Positions 1 through 11,332 of a stretch of DNA of 64,000 nucleotides are shown here, in pieces. Below the pieces are notes generated by a model. It was not told the origin of the DNA. It saw only the letters and a list, made by a program, of their open reading frames with translations, and ran no database searches. Position 1 is the stretch's first letter. Every line of letters begins with the position of its first letter. The position numbers and the translations under genes are program-made. Source of the stretch: Malacoraja senta (taxonomy: Eukaryota); NCBI GenBank assembly GCA_038087875.1, contig CM075987.1, forward strand, positions 18,168,001-18,232,000, in the 5' to 3' direction.

Positions 1-2
1 TG

Positions 3-1199
3 AAGAAGAAGAAGAAGCCCAGGAAGAGGTCTGTGTGGACAAGGTCTTTGTTCCGGATGAGACTTACTTTGGGCCAGTATGAGACCATGATGATGGATCT
101 GCAGCGGGTAGATGATGCTGCCTTTAGAAATTTCACCAGGATCCCCCCTGACCTGTTTCAGGAGCTCAAGACACGAGTCGGACCTCTACTGCAGAAAAGG
201 GACACCGTCATGCGGAAGTCACTGGAACCAGGACTGCGCCTAGCCATCACCCTCCGCTACCTTGCATCAGGGGATTCCTACAAGAGCCTCTCGTATAACT
301 TCCGTGTGGCTCACAACACCATCAGCAGTGTAGTCCGAGAGACTTGTGACGCCATCATCAAAACATATGATGAGCTTATTGACTGCCCAACTACACCAGA
401 CGGGTGGAGGAGTGTGGCGCACGGCTTTCAAAGCAGTTGGAACTTCCTGCACACATGTGGGGCTGTTGATGGGAAGCATGTGGCCATCCGGTGTCCACCC
501 GGGGGAGGTTCTGTGTACTTCAACTACAAGAAGTTCCATTCCATCGTGCTGTTAGCTGTGGTAGATGCAAACTACAACTTCATGTTTGTGAATGTGGGCA
601 CACCTGGCAGTGCCGCAGATGGAGGGATCTGGAGAGAGACCTCCCTTGGGCAAGCATTGGAAGAAGGGAGAGCAGGCCTTCCTGATCCAGAACCTCTGCC
701 GGGAGAAGACAACCCTGACATCACCTACGCACTGGTTGGTGATGATGCCTTCGCACTCAGGCCATGGATGATGAAGCCATACCCTCACAGGGGGATGTCA
801 AGGGAGCAAAGGATCTTCAATTACAGGCTGTCCAGGGCTAGGAGGGTAGTGGAAAATTCTTTTGGTATCCTTGCTAGCAGATTCAGATGCCTGCTGACAA
901 CAATGGAGCAGGAGCCCGAGAATGTGCAGGCCATTGTCTACGCGGCATGTGTCCTCCATAACCTGATCCGCACCAGAGGTGCATCTGCAGCCTTGGTGGA
1001 GGGTGACACGATGGACAAACAGACTGGTGAAGTCACACCAGGTTCATGGAGAGCTGCAAGACAGGCATCACTGATGGTGGCACTAGGGTCATTGCAAGGA
1101 AACACCAGCAACAAAAGAGCAAAGGAGCTGAGGAACCATCTCTGTGCTTACTATAACTCAGAGCGAGGCAGTGTACCCTGGCAGGACAATATGTTTTGA
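3..1199 (+). CDS. Harbinger (HARBI1-like, DDE_Tnp_4) transposase, open to the left window edge
   Basis: Uninterrupted frame from base 3 (KKKKKPRKRSVWTR...). Motifs LAITLRYLASG, GAVDGKH, FNYKKFHSIVL, VGDDAF, FNYRLSRARRVVENSFG, ACVLHN; DDE triad present. Confidence 0.93.
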   Translation, partial: KKKKKPRKRSVWTRSLFRMRLTLGQYETMMMDLQRVDDAAFRNFTRIPPDLFQELKTRVGPLLQKRDTVMRKSLEPGLRLAITLRYLASGDSYKSLSYNFRVAHNTISSVVRETCDAIIKTYDELIDCPTTPDGWRSVAHGFQSSWNFLHTCGAVDGKHVAIRCPPGGGSVYFNYKKFHSIVLLAVVDANYNFMFVNVGTPGSAADGGIWRETSLGQALEEGRAGLPDPEPLPGEDNPDITYALVGDDAFALRPWMMKPYPHRGMSREQRIFNYRLSRARRVVENSFGILASRFRCLLTTMEQEPENVQAIVYAACVLHNLIRTRGASAALVEGDTMDKQTGEVTPGSWRAARQASLMVALGSLQGNTSNKRAKELRNHLCAYYNSERGSVPWQDNMF

Positions 1200-1807
1200 G
1201 GATCAAAAGCAAACAGGGGATGTCAGGGTTGTCTTCTCACGGCAGAGGTACCCGATCATGAAGGCCCCAGATCTAACAAAAGTGCGATCCATGTATGTTG
1301 ATGGATGGTTTTACATTGTGAAATTATTAATTCTGTGTTAATAGTAATACCTACATCACTTATTTTAAAATTGCCTGATCTTTAAAGCGTTTAAATGCCA
1401 TTGTTTGATTTTCATGGCTTATAATGACAAATTTTGCAATTCAATGCTATTCTATGCCTGTTTGTGTTTTATTTCTCTAATAAATCAATGCTTTTGTATG
1501 TGAGATGCATTCCATCATTAGAGGTTGTTTCCATATGAGAGATCTACGCCATGATTAACAGACACTTTTTTTCACAATACAATATTAAATTTAAACTGTT
1601 TATTTAGTGGAAACAATTAACATATTGAAAAACAAGAAATTCTTTTTAAATATGCAACACAATTCCACAGAACATTGTTCATTAGTGCAAGCAAACAAAT
1701 AACGTAGTGAGAAACAACAGTGAATTAAACGTTAATGTGCAACACTCAAGCAGACACAACAGTGAATTTTGGGGGCAATCTCACTCCTTACGGCCCATGT
1801 CCACATG

Positions 1808-3691
1808 TCAATTATCAATATAAAAGTCTGAGAGTTCTGTGCCGGAGTTTGTGCTTTCTTCGGGACCCTCAAATTGCACATGGAAATCGCTTTCCCCTAG
1901 CCTATCCATGCCACGTGATGAATGATGTGGCGGTGGGGTGTGTCCACTGACATAGTGGGGGGGGCCTGCCATCCACGGGTATGCCATAGAACGGGATTCC
2001 ATCCTTGCCTGTGGGCAAAACACATAAGCGTATCAATATGTATCGGTGCCAAACAAATCTTATAAAACAAATCACAACCTTTCACAAGCTGTGTGTTAGA
2101 GACAATCTTGAGTCAGGCTGAAGACTCACAAATGTTTCACAGTGTGCCTGGGGAGGATATTGTGGTGGCATCATCATGGTTTGTTGCAGTGGCACTAATG
2201 GCATGGGCCTCATCGGACTCTGCAACACAAAGAAAATCGTAGTAAATGATTCATAGACAGCATTAAATTAAAACTTTTATAAATTCAATAAACTTTGATT
2301 AAAATATTTTACTGGCAGAGCAAATCTGTGTGCCCTTGCCAAGGACAATCCCTCTATGCTGTAGTGTTGCCAATTTTCCTCAGGGATCAAAAACATCTCC
2401 TCCTTCAGTAACATTGCGTAAGCATGGACGATCCTTTCCTGCGACGTCCTTGGCTGTGACAAAACGTTTATCATGCCCGACGTTGTCTTTGCCTGTTGCA
2501 TGATCTGCAACAAGAGAGTACAATCATGATAATTATATTGTGGGATGCGATGGAGAAACGTGGACGTAGGGCGGAGTGAAAGAGATTTGATGATGGGTAA
2601 TCCAAAAGCACTTACATCCGTGAACATCTCCCGTTGAAGACCTTGAACAGCCACCTCGCTATCTGACGCAGTTGTGCAGGCCCGCTTCCGTTTTGCGTGC
2701 TGCTGCAGTTCGACAGCAGTGCATGACCCGGATGGTCCATCTGAGGGTCCCTCTAGCGGATCAGGCTCGCCCTCACTCGAGTCCGCGCACGTTGATACAC
2801 CCACAGTACACTTGAAGAAAGTGAATGCATATCATAAATGTGCAAGGTCATCAGGACGTAGCAAGAAAAGTGAATACCAAGTTATCATTGTTAAAATATT
2901 TTTGACTGACTTGCCGACAAATATTAATTGTCACATAATTTTCGTAATTATTCACCTTCCTGCAACTTTCCTTCCTCTGCACTCTTACAATGTGGTCCCG
3001 CACGAACCCCCATTTTTCATATATCCACTGGTCTCTGTCAGTCAGTGTCCTACTGCCAGAGCCAGACTTGCGAAGACTTTGAGAAATTTTCCCGAACCGT
3101 GTCCTCTGACTCTTTAGCCATTGACACAATTGGTCATCTGTGAAAACATAGAATAAATGAAGATAAGTGTTGAGCAACTTATAATATGAATTGGGACTTC
3201 AATTACAAACACAGAAATGTAGATAAACTACAAATTATGTACTTACAAGAGCAGTCAGGGAACTCCTTCACCTTTTCTCCAATTCTGACGTTGCGGAGAC
3301 CCCTGTTCCTAAAATCACGGTGGGTCTTGTCATACAGCTCATGGTGGGCCTGATACCATTCCACCAGGTCCCCCTCTTGTTCCCTTGAAAAATTATATGG
3401 CTTTGAGCCAGACCTGTTCCACACCCATGCAGGGACATAAGCTGGAGCAGGAGATGGGCCAGCAGATGGGGCAGCAGATGGGGAAACAGATGAGGCAGCA
3501 GATGGAGAAGCAGATGGGGCAGCAGATGTGGAAGCAGATGGGGCAGGAGATGGGGCAGGAGATGGGACAGGTAATGAAGCAGGGGCAGGGGCAGGAGCAG
3601 TGGCTGGACCCTCCAGTACCTGAATGTTTTCCATTATTACTTTTTTTACTTTGTCCTGCATCGATCTTCTTACACTCCTTGTTCTCCTCAT
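1808..3691 (-). CDS. Harbinger accessory MADF/Myb-SANT-like DNA-binding protein, 6 exons, ~434 aa
   Basis: Exons 3691-3247, 3137-2956, 2810-2616, 2504-2313, 2219-2130 and 2008-1808 join in frame (1305 nt) across five GT-AG introns of 93-145 nt. MADF-like segment LVEWYQAHHELYDK...WLKSQRTRFGK...KSGSG...WIYEKWGFVRDH; Pro/Ala/Ser-rich N-terminus. Confidence 0.82.
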
Positions 3692-4241
3692 GTTTCTAAT
3701 AAACTGTCAAACACTCCGTTTGAAAAACGCGGTAATATGCTACAATGTTGAAGTCTCAAATCTCGCGTGGTTTGGACGTGAACAGCTAAAAGAGGCGGGC
3801 CGACTGCAAAAGGACGTCGCGCGGCGTCGGGTGATGACGATATCGCGCAACGAGACGCGATATGCGATGACGTCATTTAGGATCGCGGGGCTGTGGCGGC
3901 GGTAGTGCTGATCGCGGCGCTGTGGCGGCACCCGTGCCGCACACGTGCCTCACTGGTGGAGGCTGTGGCGGTGAAGGTTCGACCCGCGGCGGTCTTGCCA
4001 CACTGGCAGCGGCTGTGGCGGTGACCGTGCCGCACTCGTGCCTCACTGGCGGCAGCTGTGCGGTAAGAAATTATTTTTCGACATTGCTGGCATTTTGTGA
4101 GCACCGTGCGGTGTTGGGACCAATGCCGCACGGCCTCGGCGGTGTGCGTTTCACCGAACCCGCGGTCTCTGGCGGTCCACGAGCGGTAGATACTTCCTGT
4201 ATCACTGCCAATGACCGCAGACTCGTGAGACAGGCCTTTTA

Positions 4242-5262
4242 GTGGAGTAATGGGGAGGGAGGGGAAGTGTGTGGATGAATGGTGAAGAGTTGGGGGAGAG
4301 AGGAGAGTGAGGGGAGAGGGGGAATGGTGGACGGGAGAGGGAGCTAAATGTAGGAATAAAAGAAGGGGAGGATTGTGTGAGCGAGTGGTGGAGTTGTGTG
4401 GGGAGACTGAAGGCGGAGTGAGGGGGAGAGGTGGAGGGGAAGAGGGGACAACGTGGCAGGGAGAGAGAGTGGGCAATTATGGAGCGATGTTATGAGGACA
4501 TCAGGAGGGGATGAGAACGATACGATGTGGAGAGTTTGTAATGAAGTGAGGAGCGACGGAGTGTGGAGAAAGTGAGGGGAGTGGGGAGAAAGATAAAGAG
4601 AGAGCGCGAGAGAGAGAGAGAAAGAGAGAGAGTGAGGAATGCGAAGTGAGAGGTCCGTAGAAATGTCGACAAGGTCGGAGGAGTGGCGGGAGAGAGTGAG
4701 CGAGGAGTGGGTAGAGAGAGGGAAGGCAGGGCGAGCGAGTGGGCTGGAGGTGTGTGTGGATAGGATGGGGGTGGTATGAGGAGAGAGGGGGAGAGAGGGA
4801 AGGTGGGGAGAGAGAGAGGAGGCCGGAGGTGTGTGGGGATAGGGTGGTATGAGGAGAGAGAGGGAGAGAGGGGCATTGTGTGGAGAGCGATGGGGAGGAG
4901 TGTGGAGAGAGAGTGCGGGATATTGGGAAAGGGGATGGGGTGGGAAGAGTGGAAAGGGAGGTTTGCGGATAGAGTGCGGGAGAAAGGGATGAGGAGAGAA
5001 AGAGGGCCGGAGGAGGGTGGGGAGAGAGAGTTGCTGTGGTTAGAGAGATGCGGGGGAATGGGCAGAGTGGGGTAGGTGTGGAGGAGTGGGGTGAGAGGGG
5101 GAGGAGGATGGCAGAGAGGGATTAGGAGGGGAGAGAGGTAGAGGATTGGAGAGAGATATGATTTGGGAGATTGAGAGGCGAGTGCGAGGGAATAGGGCGG
5201 TGTGCGGGACGAAGGGGAGAGTGGGGATGAGGAAAGGGAGGCAGCTGGAGAGGGGGGGGGGG
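4242..5262. repeat. Purine-rich (G/A) low-complexity tract
   Basis: Predominantly G/A on the + strand; overlapping ORFs are P/S/L or G/E/R low complexity. Confidence 0.85.
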
Positions 5263-5607
5263 GAGAGTCGGACTCTGGTAAGGCGACGGCTGCGGCCCAC
5301 TGGTGGGCGGTGGAATGGCCACGGCCGGCAGAGCTGCAGGGAGTGGAGTGGCACACGGGCGAAGCGTCGGGAGTGCCTGTCAGTGGATAAACGGGAAGGC
5401 AGTGAGGGTGGATGGCTCCGGTGAGGCAGCGAGGGTCGGCAGTGTCGCTGAAGGTCGGCGGCAACGGCCACAGGTGAGGCCGCGTTGGAGAGGTCCATGA
5501 CAGCGTCATCCTTGGTGATCCAGGCCCGAGATCGGTCAGGAAGGCAGTGAGTGTTGGTGCTGCTCCTCGTGGCAGCAATGGTGTCATGGGGCTGTCAGTT
5601 CTGCCTG

Positions 5608-5831
5608 TCCCTTACTCCCCCAAGCTGGCTACCTACCATTCCCCTTACTCCCCCAAGTTGGCTACCTCCCATTTCCCTTACACCCCCAAGCTGGCTACCT
5701 ATCATTCCCCTTACTCCCCCAAGCTGGCTACCTACCATTCCCTTTACTCCCCCAAGTTGGCTACCTCCCATTCCCCTTACTCCCCCAAGCTGGCTTCCTC
5801 CCATTCCCCTTACTCCCCCAAGCTGGCTTCC
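5608..5831 (+). repeat. 33-bp minisatellite, ~7 units
   Basis: Unit TTCCCCTTACTCCCCCAAGCTGGCTACCT(A/C)CCA; a more diverged copy lies at ~51555-51820. Confidence 0.9.
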
Positions 5832-5990
5832 ACCGCACTGTGACGGGCTGTGGGTCAGCAGCGCTCACATACGGGGCCGCGGCTCCGGGCAACGGACACA
5901 CGGGGCCAGCAACATACCCGTCAGTCTGGTCCCTCCGCCCACCCAGAGTCACTGACCACACTGCACCGGCACTGGCACCATGACCCCCCA

Positions 5991-6320
5991 CCAGGGTGAT
6001 TCACTCCCCCCCGACCCACACACCGGGGTGATTCACTTCCCCCGACCCACACACCGGGGTGATTCAACACCCCCCGACCCACACGCCGGGGTGATTCACT
6101 CTCATTCACCCCCACTGGACCCACACACCGGGGTGATTCATCCCCCACCCCCCGACCCACACACCGGGGTGATTCACACCCCCCGACCCACACATCGGGG
6201 TGATTCATCCCCCACCCCCCGACCCACACACCGGGGTGATTCACCCCCCACCCCCCCCGACCCACACACCGGGGTGAGTCACCCCCCCCCCGACCCACAC
6301 ACCGGGGTGATTCACCCGGG
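5991..6320 (+). repeat. Tandem array of 9 units with constant core GACCCACACACCGGGGTGATTCA and variable C-rich linkers
   Basis: Read directly; only about one unit exists in the paralogous copy at ~52020-52075. Confidence 0.88.
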
Positions 6321-7147
6321 TTTCCGTGTTGACTATGCCTGAACCCCTCTGTCGGTGGATCACCAGCTTCCTGACAGACAAGAAGCAGCATGTGAGGGTG
6401 GGAAAGCACATCTCGGATCCACAAACGCTCAGCATAGGAGCACCGCAAGATGCGTACTCTCTCCTCTCCTCTACTCTCTCTACACCAATGACTGCACCTC
6501 CACTAACTCCTGTCAAGCTTCTCAAGTTTGCGGATGACACAACCCTGATTGGACTGATCCAGGATGGGGAGGAATCTGCCTACAGACAGGAAGTGTCACA
6601 ACTGGCATCATGGTGCCATTGCAACAACCTAGAGCTCAATGCTGTTAAGACAGTGGAATTGATTGTAGACTTTAGGAGAGTTCCCCCTCCCCTCACCCCA
6701 CTCACCATCAACAACACCACAGTTGCATCTGTGGAGTCTTTTAAGTTCCTAAGAACAATCATCTCCAAGGACCTTAAGTGGGGGGCTACCATCGACTCCA
6801 CAGTCAAAAAGGCACAACAGAGGATGTGCTTCCTACGGCAGCTGAGGGGGCACAATCTGCCACAGGCAATGATGGTCCAATTCTACACGGCCATCGTAGA
6901 GTCTGTCCTCACCTTCTCCATCATGGTCTGTGCAGATTGGTTATTGCATGAGAACCAAACAGAGCAGTGTAGCATCATTAACACATTAACCCCACCTTAC
7001 TGTACACTTTATATTAACACCCACTTCCTACATTAAGCAGTCTTGGAAGCGGGAGTGGTGAGCTAACAACCTGATGTACCGCTCTGCCATATGTTATATA
7101 TTAAAGATGACTTAAACTCAAGACCCGTGGTCCTTTAATCATTAACA

Positions 7148-7184
7148 TGGTGTCAGAAGTGGGATACGAACCCATGCCTCCATT
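7148..7184 (-). other. Primer-binding site extended into a partial tRNA-Leu copy (3' ~37 nt including CCA)
   Basis: TGGTGTCAGAAGTGGGATaCGAACCCAtGCCTCCATT is the reverse complement of the vertebrate tRNA-Leu 3' end (...TGGAGGCGTGGGTTCGAATCCCACTTCTGACACCA, recalled from memory) with two mismatches. Confidence 0.8.
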
Positions 7185-7697
7185 TGGACCTGCACCATTG
7201 GATCTGCACGATCATAGCAGCTGCACGATTGCAGCGCATCATGATGCAGCTCCAGCGGTTCGACTTCAGAATCGTTTACAAAAAAGGAAAGGACATGCTC
7301 GTTGCCGACACTCTCTCTCGTGCACCACGTGCATCTAGTGAACGACATCCCTATGAATGTGATGAACTTACGGTTCTCAAGGTTGACTTCGTTCCCACGG
7401 AACGCCTGCGTTGCCTGGCTGAACACAAAGCCACTGACGGCACTCTACAGCTACTCTCATCCATTATCAAAAGAGGCTGGCCAGACAAGACAATCTAGCA
7501 CACCACTGGAGGTGCAGCCGTTCTTCCTAGTCCGCGATGAACTGGTAATACAAGACGGAGTCATTGTTAAAGGTCACAAGTCAAGTCAAGTCAAGTCACA
7601 TTTAGTTATATAGCACATTTTAAAAAAAAACTCTCGTTGGCCAAAATGCTTTACATTTGTTATAAGAATAGCACAAACAAAACAAACTACATACATA

Positions 7698-9371
7698 GGT
7701 ACACAAAAATGCTGGAGAAACTCAGCGGGTGCAGCAGCATCTATGGAGCGAAGGAAATAGGTAACGTTTCGGGCTGAAACCCTTCTTCAGAATGATAGGG
7801 GGTGGGAAGAAGAAAGGAAAAAAGGAAAAAGGCGGAGGAGGAGCCCGAGGGCTGGGGGGGGGGGGAGGAGACAACCAGACGGCTGATGAAGGGGAGGGGA
7901 CAGCAAGGGCTAGCAGAATTGGGAGAATTCAATGTTCAAGCCCCCAGGATGTAGACTGCCCAAGCGGAATATGAGGTGCATTTCCTCCAATTTACGGTGT
8001 TGCTCGCTGTGGCCATGGAGGAGACCCAGGACAGAGAGGTCAGATACGGAATGGGAGGGGGAGTTGAAGTGCTGAGCCACCGGGAGGTCAGGTTGGTTAT
8101 TGCGGACCGACCGGAGGTGTTCGGCGAAACGATCGCCAAGCCTCCGCTTGGTCTCACCGATGTAGATCAGCTGGCATCTAGAGCAGCGAATGCAATAGAT
8201 GAGGTTGGAGGAGATGCAGGTGAACCTCTGTCGCACCTGGAACGACTGCTTGGGTCCTTGAATGGAGTAGAGGGGGGAGGTGAAGGGACAAGTGTTGCAT
8301 CTCTTGCGGTTGCAAGGGAAAGTACCAGGGGAGGGGGTGGTATGGGAGGGAAGGGAAGAATTGACAAGGGAGTTACGGAGGGAGCGGTCTTTGCGGAAGG
8401 CAGACATGGGGGGAGATGAGAAGATGTGGCGAGTGGTGGGGTCACGTTGGAGGTGGCGAAACTGACGGAGGATCATTTGTTGTATGTGACGGCTGGTGGG
8501 GTGAAAGGTGAGGACTAGGGGGACTCTGCCCTTGTTGTGAGTGGGGGATGGGAAGAGAGAGCAGTGTTGCGGGGTATGGCAGAGACCCTGGTGCGAGCCT
8601 CATCTATGGTGGAGGAGGGGAACCCCCGTTCCCTGAAGAATGAGGACATTTCAGATGCCCTGGTGTGGAACGCCTCATCCTGGGAGCAGATGCGGCGTAG
8701 ACGGAGGAATTGGGAGTGGGGGATGGAGTCCTTACAGGAAGCAGGGTGGGAAGAAGTGTCGTCCAGATAGCCATGGGAGTCGGTAGGTTTGTAGTGGATG
8801 TCGGTAAGGAGTCTATCACCTGCGATGGAGATAGTGAGGTCAAGGAATGGTAGGGAAGTGTCGGAAATGGTCCACGTGTATTTGAGTGCCGGATGGAAGT
8901 TGGTGGTGAAGCGGATGAAGTCAGTCAGTTGTGTGTGGGTGCAGGATGTGGCACCAAAACAATCATCGATGTAGCGGAGGTAGAGGTCGGGGATGGGGCC
9001 CTGGTACGCATTGAACAAGGATTGTTCTACGTACCCGACAAAGAGGCAGGCGTAGCTGGGGCCCATGCGTGTGCCCATAGCTACGCCTTGTATTTGGAGG
9101 AAATGGGAGGAGTCAAATGAAAAGTTATTAAGTGTAAGGACCAGCTCCGCTAGGCGGAGGAGGGCGTCAGTGGCCGGGTATAGATTGCTTCTACGGTCGA
9201 AGAAAAAACGGAGGGCTTCGAGACCATCCTGGTGGGGGATGGAGGTGTACAATGACTGGACGTCCATGGTGAAGATGAGGGGGTGAGGGCCTAGAGAGTG
9301 GAATGCGCGGAGATGACGGAGAGTGTCTGAGGTGTCTTGAACATAGGTAGGGAGGGATTTAACCAAGGGGG
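7698..9371 (-). mobile_element. Penelope-like element, 5'-truncated (RT, GIY-YIG endonuclease, pLTR)
   Basis: RT motifs TMDVQSLYTSIPH, QIQGVAMG, RYIDD; endonuclease LIYCIRC...IYIGETKR...RFAEH...GLN; 14-bp TSD AAACTACATACATA (7684-7697, 9372-9385). Confidence 0.93.
7761..7790 (-). ncRNA. Minimal hammerhead-ribozyme core in the Penelope pLTR
   Basis: Minus strand CTGAAGA-AGGGTTTCAGCCC-GAAACGTTA has the CUGANGA/GAAA core; stem I pairing looks poor. Confidence 0.6.
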
Positions 9372-11332
9372 AAACTACATACATATATACATGTAGCCCT
9401 CACTCAGAGGACATCAGGAAAGGCTTGGGAGTATAGATAAGTCTTTAGTCTTATCTATCACAAAGTCGTGATCCCGTCATCCTTGCAAGACGAATACTAC
9501 AAAGAGGCACACAACGGTCACCCAGGCACCGAGGCCACGTTGGCTCATGCACAGAGCATGTTCTATTGACCTGGGATGACCAAGTACATATGGGACAGAA
9601 CAGCATCCGGCCCCATCTGCTACAGTTTGGCACCACACCAACAGAAACAGCCTCTGCTACAACAACAACAGCCTTGGATATCTCTGGCAGCAGACATTTT
9701 CAAATGGCACTGTAAACACTACATAGTCCTAGTCGCCTCCTACTCCAACTGGTTCGAACTCGATTTACTGCCCACCATCACATCCGACATGGTTATACAA
9801 AAGCTACGGAGACACTTTTCCGTATTCGGCACACCAGTCCATCTGCAAACTGACAACGGAAGACAATTCACCAGCTATGCATTTAAACACCTTGCCAACC
9901 GATGGAACTTCCACCATGTCACAAGCAGCCCCTGGATACCCCCAAAGCAACGGGCTCGCTGAATGTGCCATCAGGAGGACAAAACAACTAATGGAACGCT
10001 CCCACCTGGCCAAGCCAGATGTTTATCTGGACCTTATAAACCTCAGAAACATTTCCAGAGACGGGGTCCCGGGTTCACCAGCTCAACGCCTGATGTCTCG
10101 GACAACACGACCTCCGATACCAATTGCCCAGCAACAGCTGAAGCCACAGGTGTTTAAACCAGCCGCGGTCCAGAAGCGCATTCAGGAGAAACACAACATT
10201 CAGAAGCGCTCTTATGACAAGTCCAGCAAACCACTGAAGCCGCTACTGCATGGTCAAGTTGTCCATCTGCAGACTGCTGTAGGATATTCCCGTCTGGGTT
10301 TCATGGTCGACCCGTCGAAGGAACCCCGCTCCTACCTTGTCAACGTCCATGGTGTCCTGTACAGACGGAGCCACCAACATTTGCTGCTTGTAAACGAACC
10401 TCGACCACCTCCAGCTGATCCATTTGCTCCACCCATGCTGTTTAAACCCCCTGCTGCTCCTGCCACCACTAGTGCCAGTGTGCGCTCTCCACCACGGTCA
10501 GCAACCCCATCTAACGTTACCTCTACTGCATGCTCACCTCACTGGTCGCCCCAAGTGTCCCCAGCTGCTTTCTCCTTTCCGGGTTCACTGCCTCCCTCCC
10601 CTACTAACTTTTCTAGTACGGAGGAAGAGGGGTTTGTCCGTAAGCGTTTGGGTTGTATACTATTAGTAGACCGCCTGACAGATACGGCGAGTATGTTTAA
10701 ATCCGTGTGTTTAACCTTTGCCTAACTATCTTTACTCTTTACGGGGAAGGATGTAGATTGGTTATTGCATGTAAACCAATCAGAGTAGTGTAGCATCATT
10801 AACTCATTAACCCCACCTTATTGTACACTTTATATTAACACCCACTTCCTACATTAGGCAGTCTTGTAAGCGGTAGTGATGAGCTAACAACCTGATGTAC
10901 CGCTCTGCCATATGTTATATATTAAAGATGACTTAAACACTAGACCCGTGTTCCTTTAATCATTTACATTCTGGTTTGGCTCAGCCACCAAGCACGACAC
11001 CTGGAGGCTGCAGCGAATCATCCAATCAGCTGAGAAGGTTATTGGCTGCAACCTTCCCTCCATTGATGAACTGTACACTGCAAGGGCCAGGAAGCGAGCG
11101 GGCAAGATCATCTCTGACCCCTCTCACCCTGGCCACAAACTCTTTGAATCACTTCCCTCTGGAAGGTGACTCCGGACTGTCAAAGCTGCCACAGCCAGAC
11201 ATAAAAACAGTTTTTATCCACGAGTAGTTGCTCTACTCAACAGCCAAAAATCTGTAGCCTCCCTTTGATCTGGTATTTTGTTGGTTCACATGCTTGATCA
11301 ATGGTGTTTTATCATTAATGTTTTGTGTTTTT

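Larger units (their letters stand above)
1..4238. mobile_element. PIF/Harbinger DNA transposon, autonomous two-gene type; left end outside the window
   Basis: Convergent transposase and MADF/Myb-like genes. Right terminus GTGAGACAGGCCTT (4225-4238) is followed by TTA, a Harbinger-type 3-bp target site. The terminus resembles TAA|AGGGCCTGTCCCAC at 58560. Confidence 0.9.
5270..6320. other. GC-rich segment X, also present at ~51160-52075
   Basis: Shared blocks GGACTCTGGTAAGGCGACGGCTG, GAGATCGGTCAGGAAGGC and CCGCACTGTGACGGGCTG in the same order in both copies. Confidence 0.8.
7580..9457 (-). mobile_element. L2-type LINE 3' tail fragment inserted in Gypsy pol, itself split by Penelope
   Basis: (TTGAC)n tail on the minus strand and C-terminal KTYLYSQAF. 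Flanked by TCACAA at 7574 and 9458; the Gypsy frame VIVKGH|KVVIP rejoins across it. Confidence 0.7.
6931..10968 (+). mobile_element. Internally deleted Gypsy-type LTR retrotransposon
   Basis: 217-bp LTRs (6931-7147, 10752-10968) with TG...CA ends, TSD GTCTG/TTCTG, PBS at 7148, polypurine tract 10743-10751. pol remnants ARLQRIMMQLQRFDF...VADTLSRA, HNGHPG, LQTDNGRQF, YPQSNGLAE. gag, protease and RT are missing. Confidence 0.92.

Noticed and set aside
2277..2804. Stand-alone 175-aa ORF
   Set aside because: It is exons 3-4 of the MADF gene read through a stop-free 111-nt intron.
3385..3699. Gln/Met/Gly repeat ORF on the + strand
   Set aside because: It is the antisense shadow of the Pro/Ala/Ser repeat in MADF exon 1.
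5547..5843. YSPKLATSHSP repeat ORF resembling the RNA polymerase II CTD
   Set aside because: It is the translation of a 33-bp minisatellite that is open in several frames, and the paralog at ~51555 has frame-breaking indels.
5991..6320. CRISPR-like repeat/spacer appearance
   Set aside because: Linkers are short, C-rich and related to each other; there are no cas genes; the context is vertebrate.
7148..7190. Functional tRNA-Leu gene
   Set aside because: Only the 3' half is present and it includes CCA, so it is an RNA-derived copy with no A box or anticodon arm.
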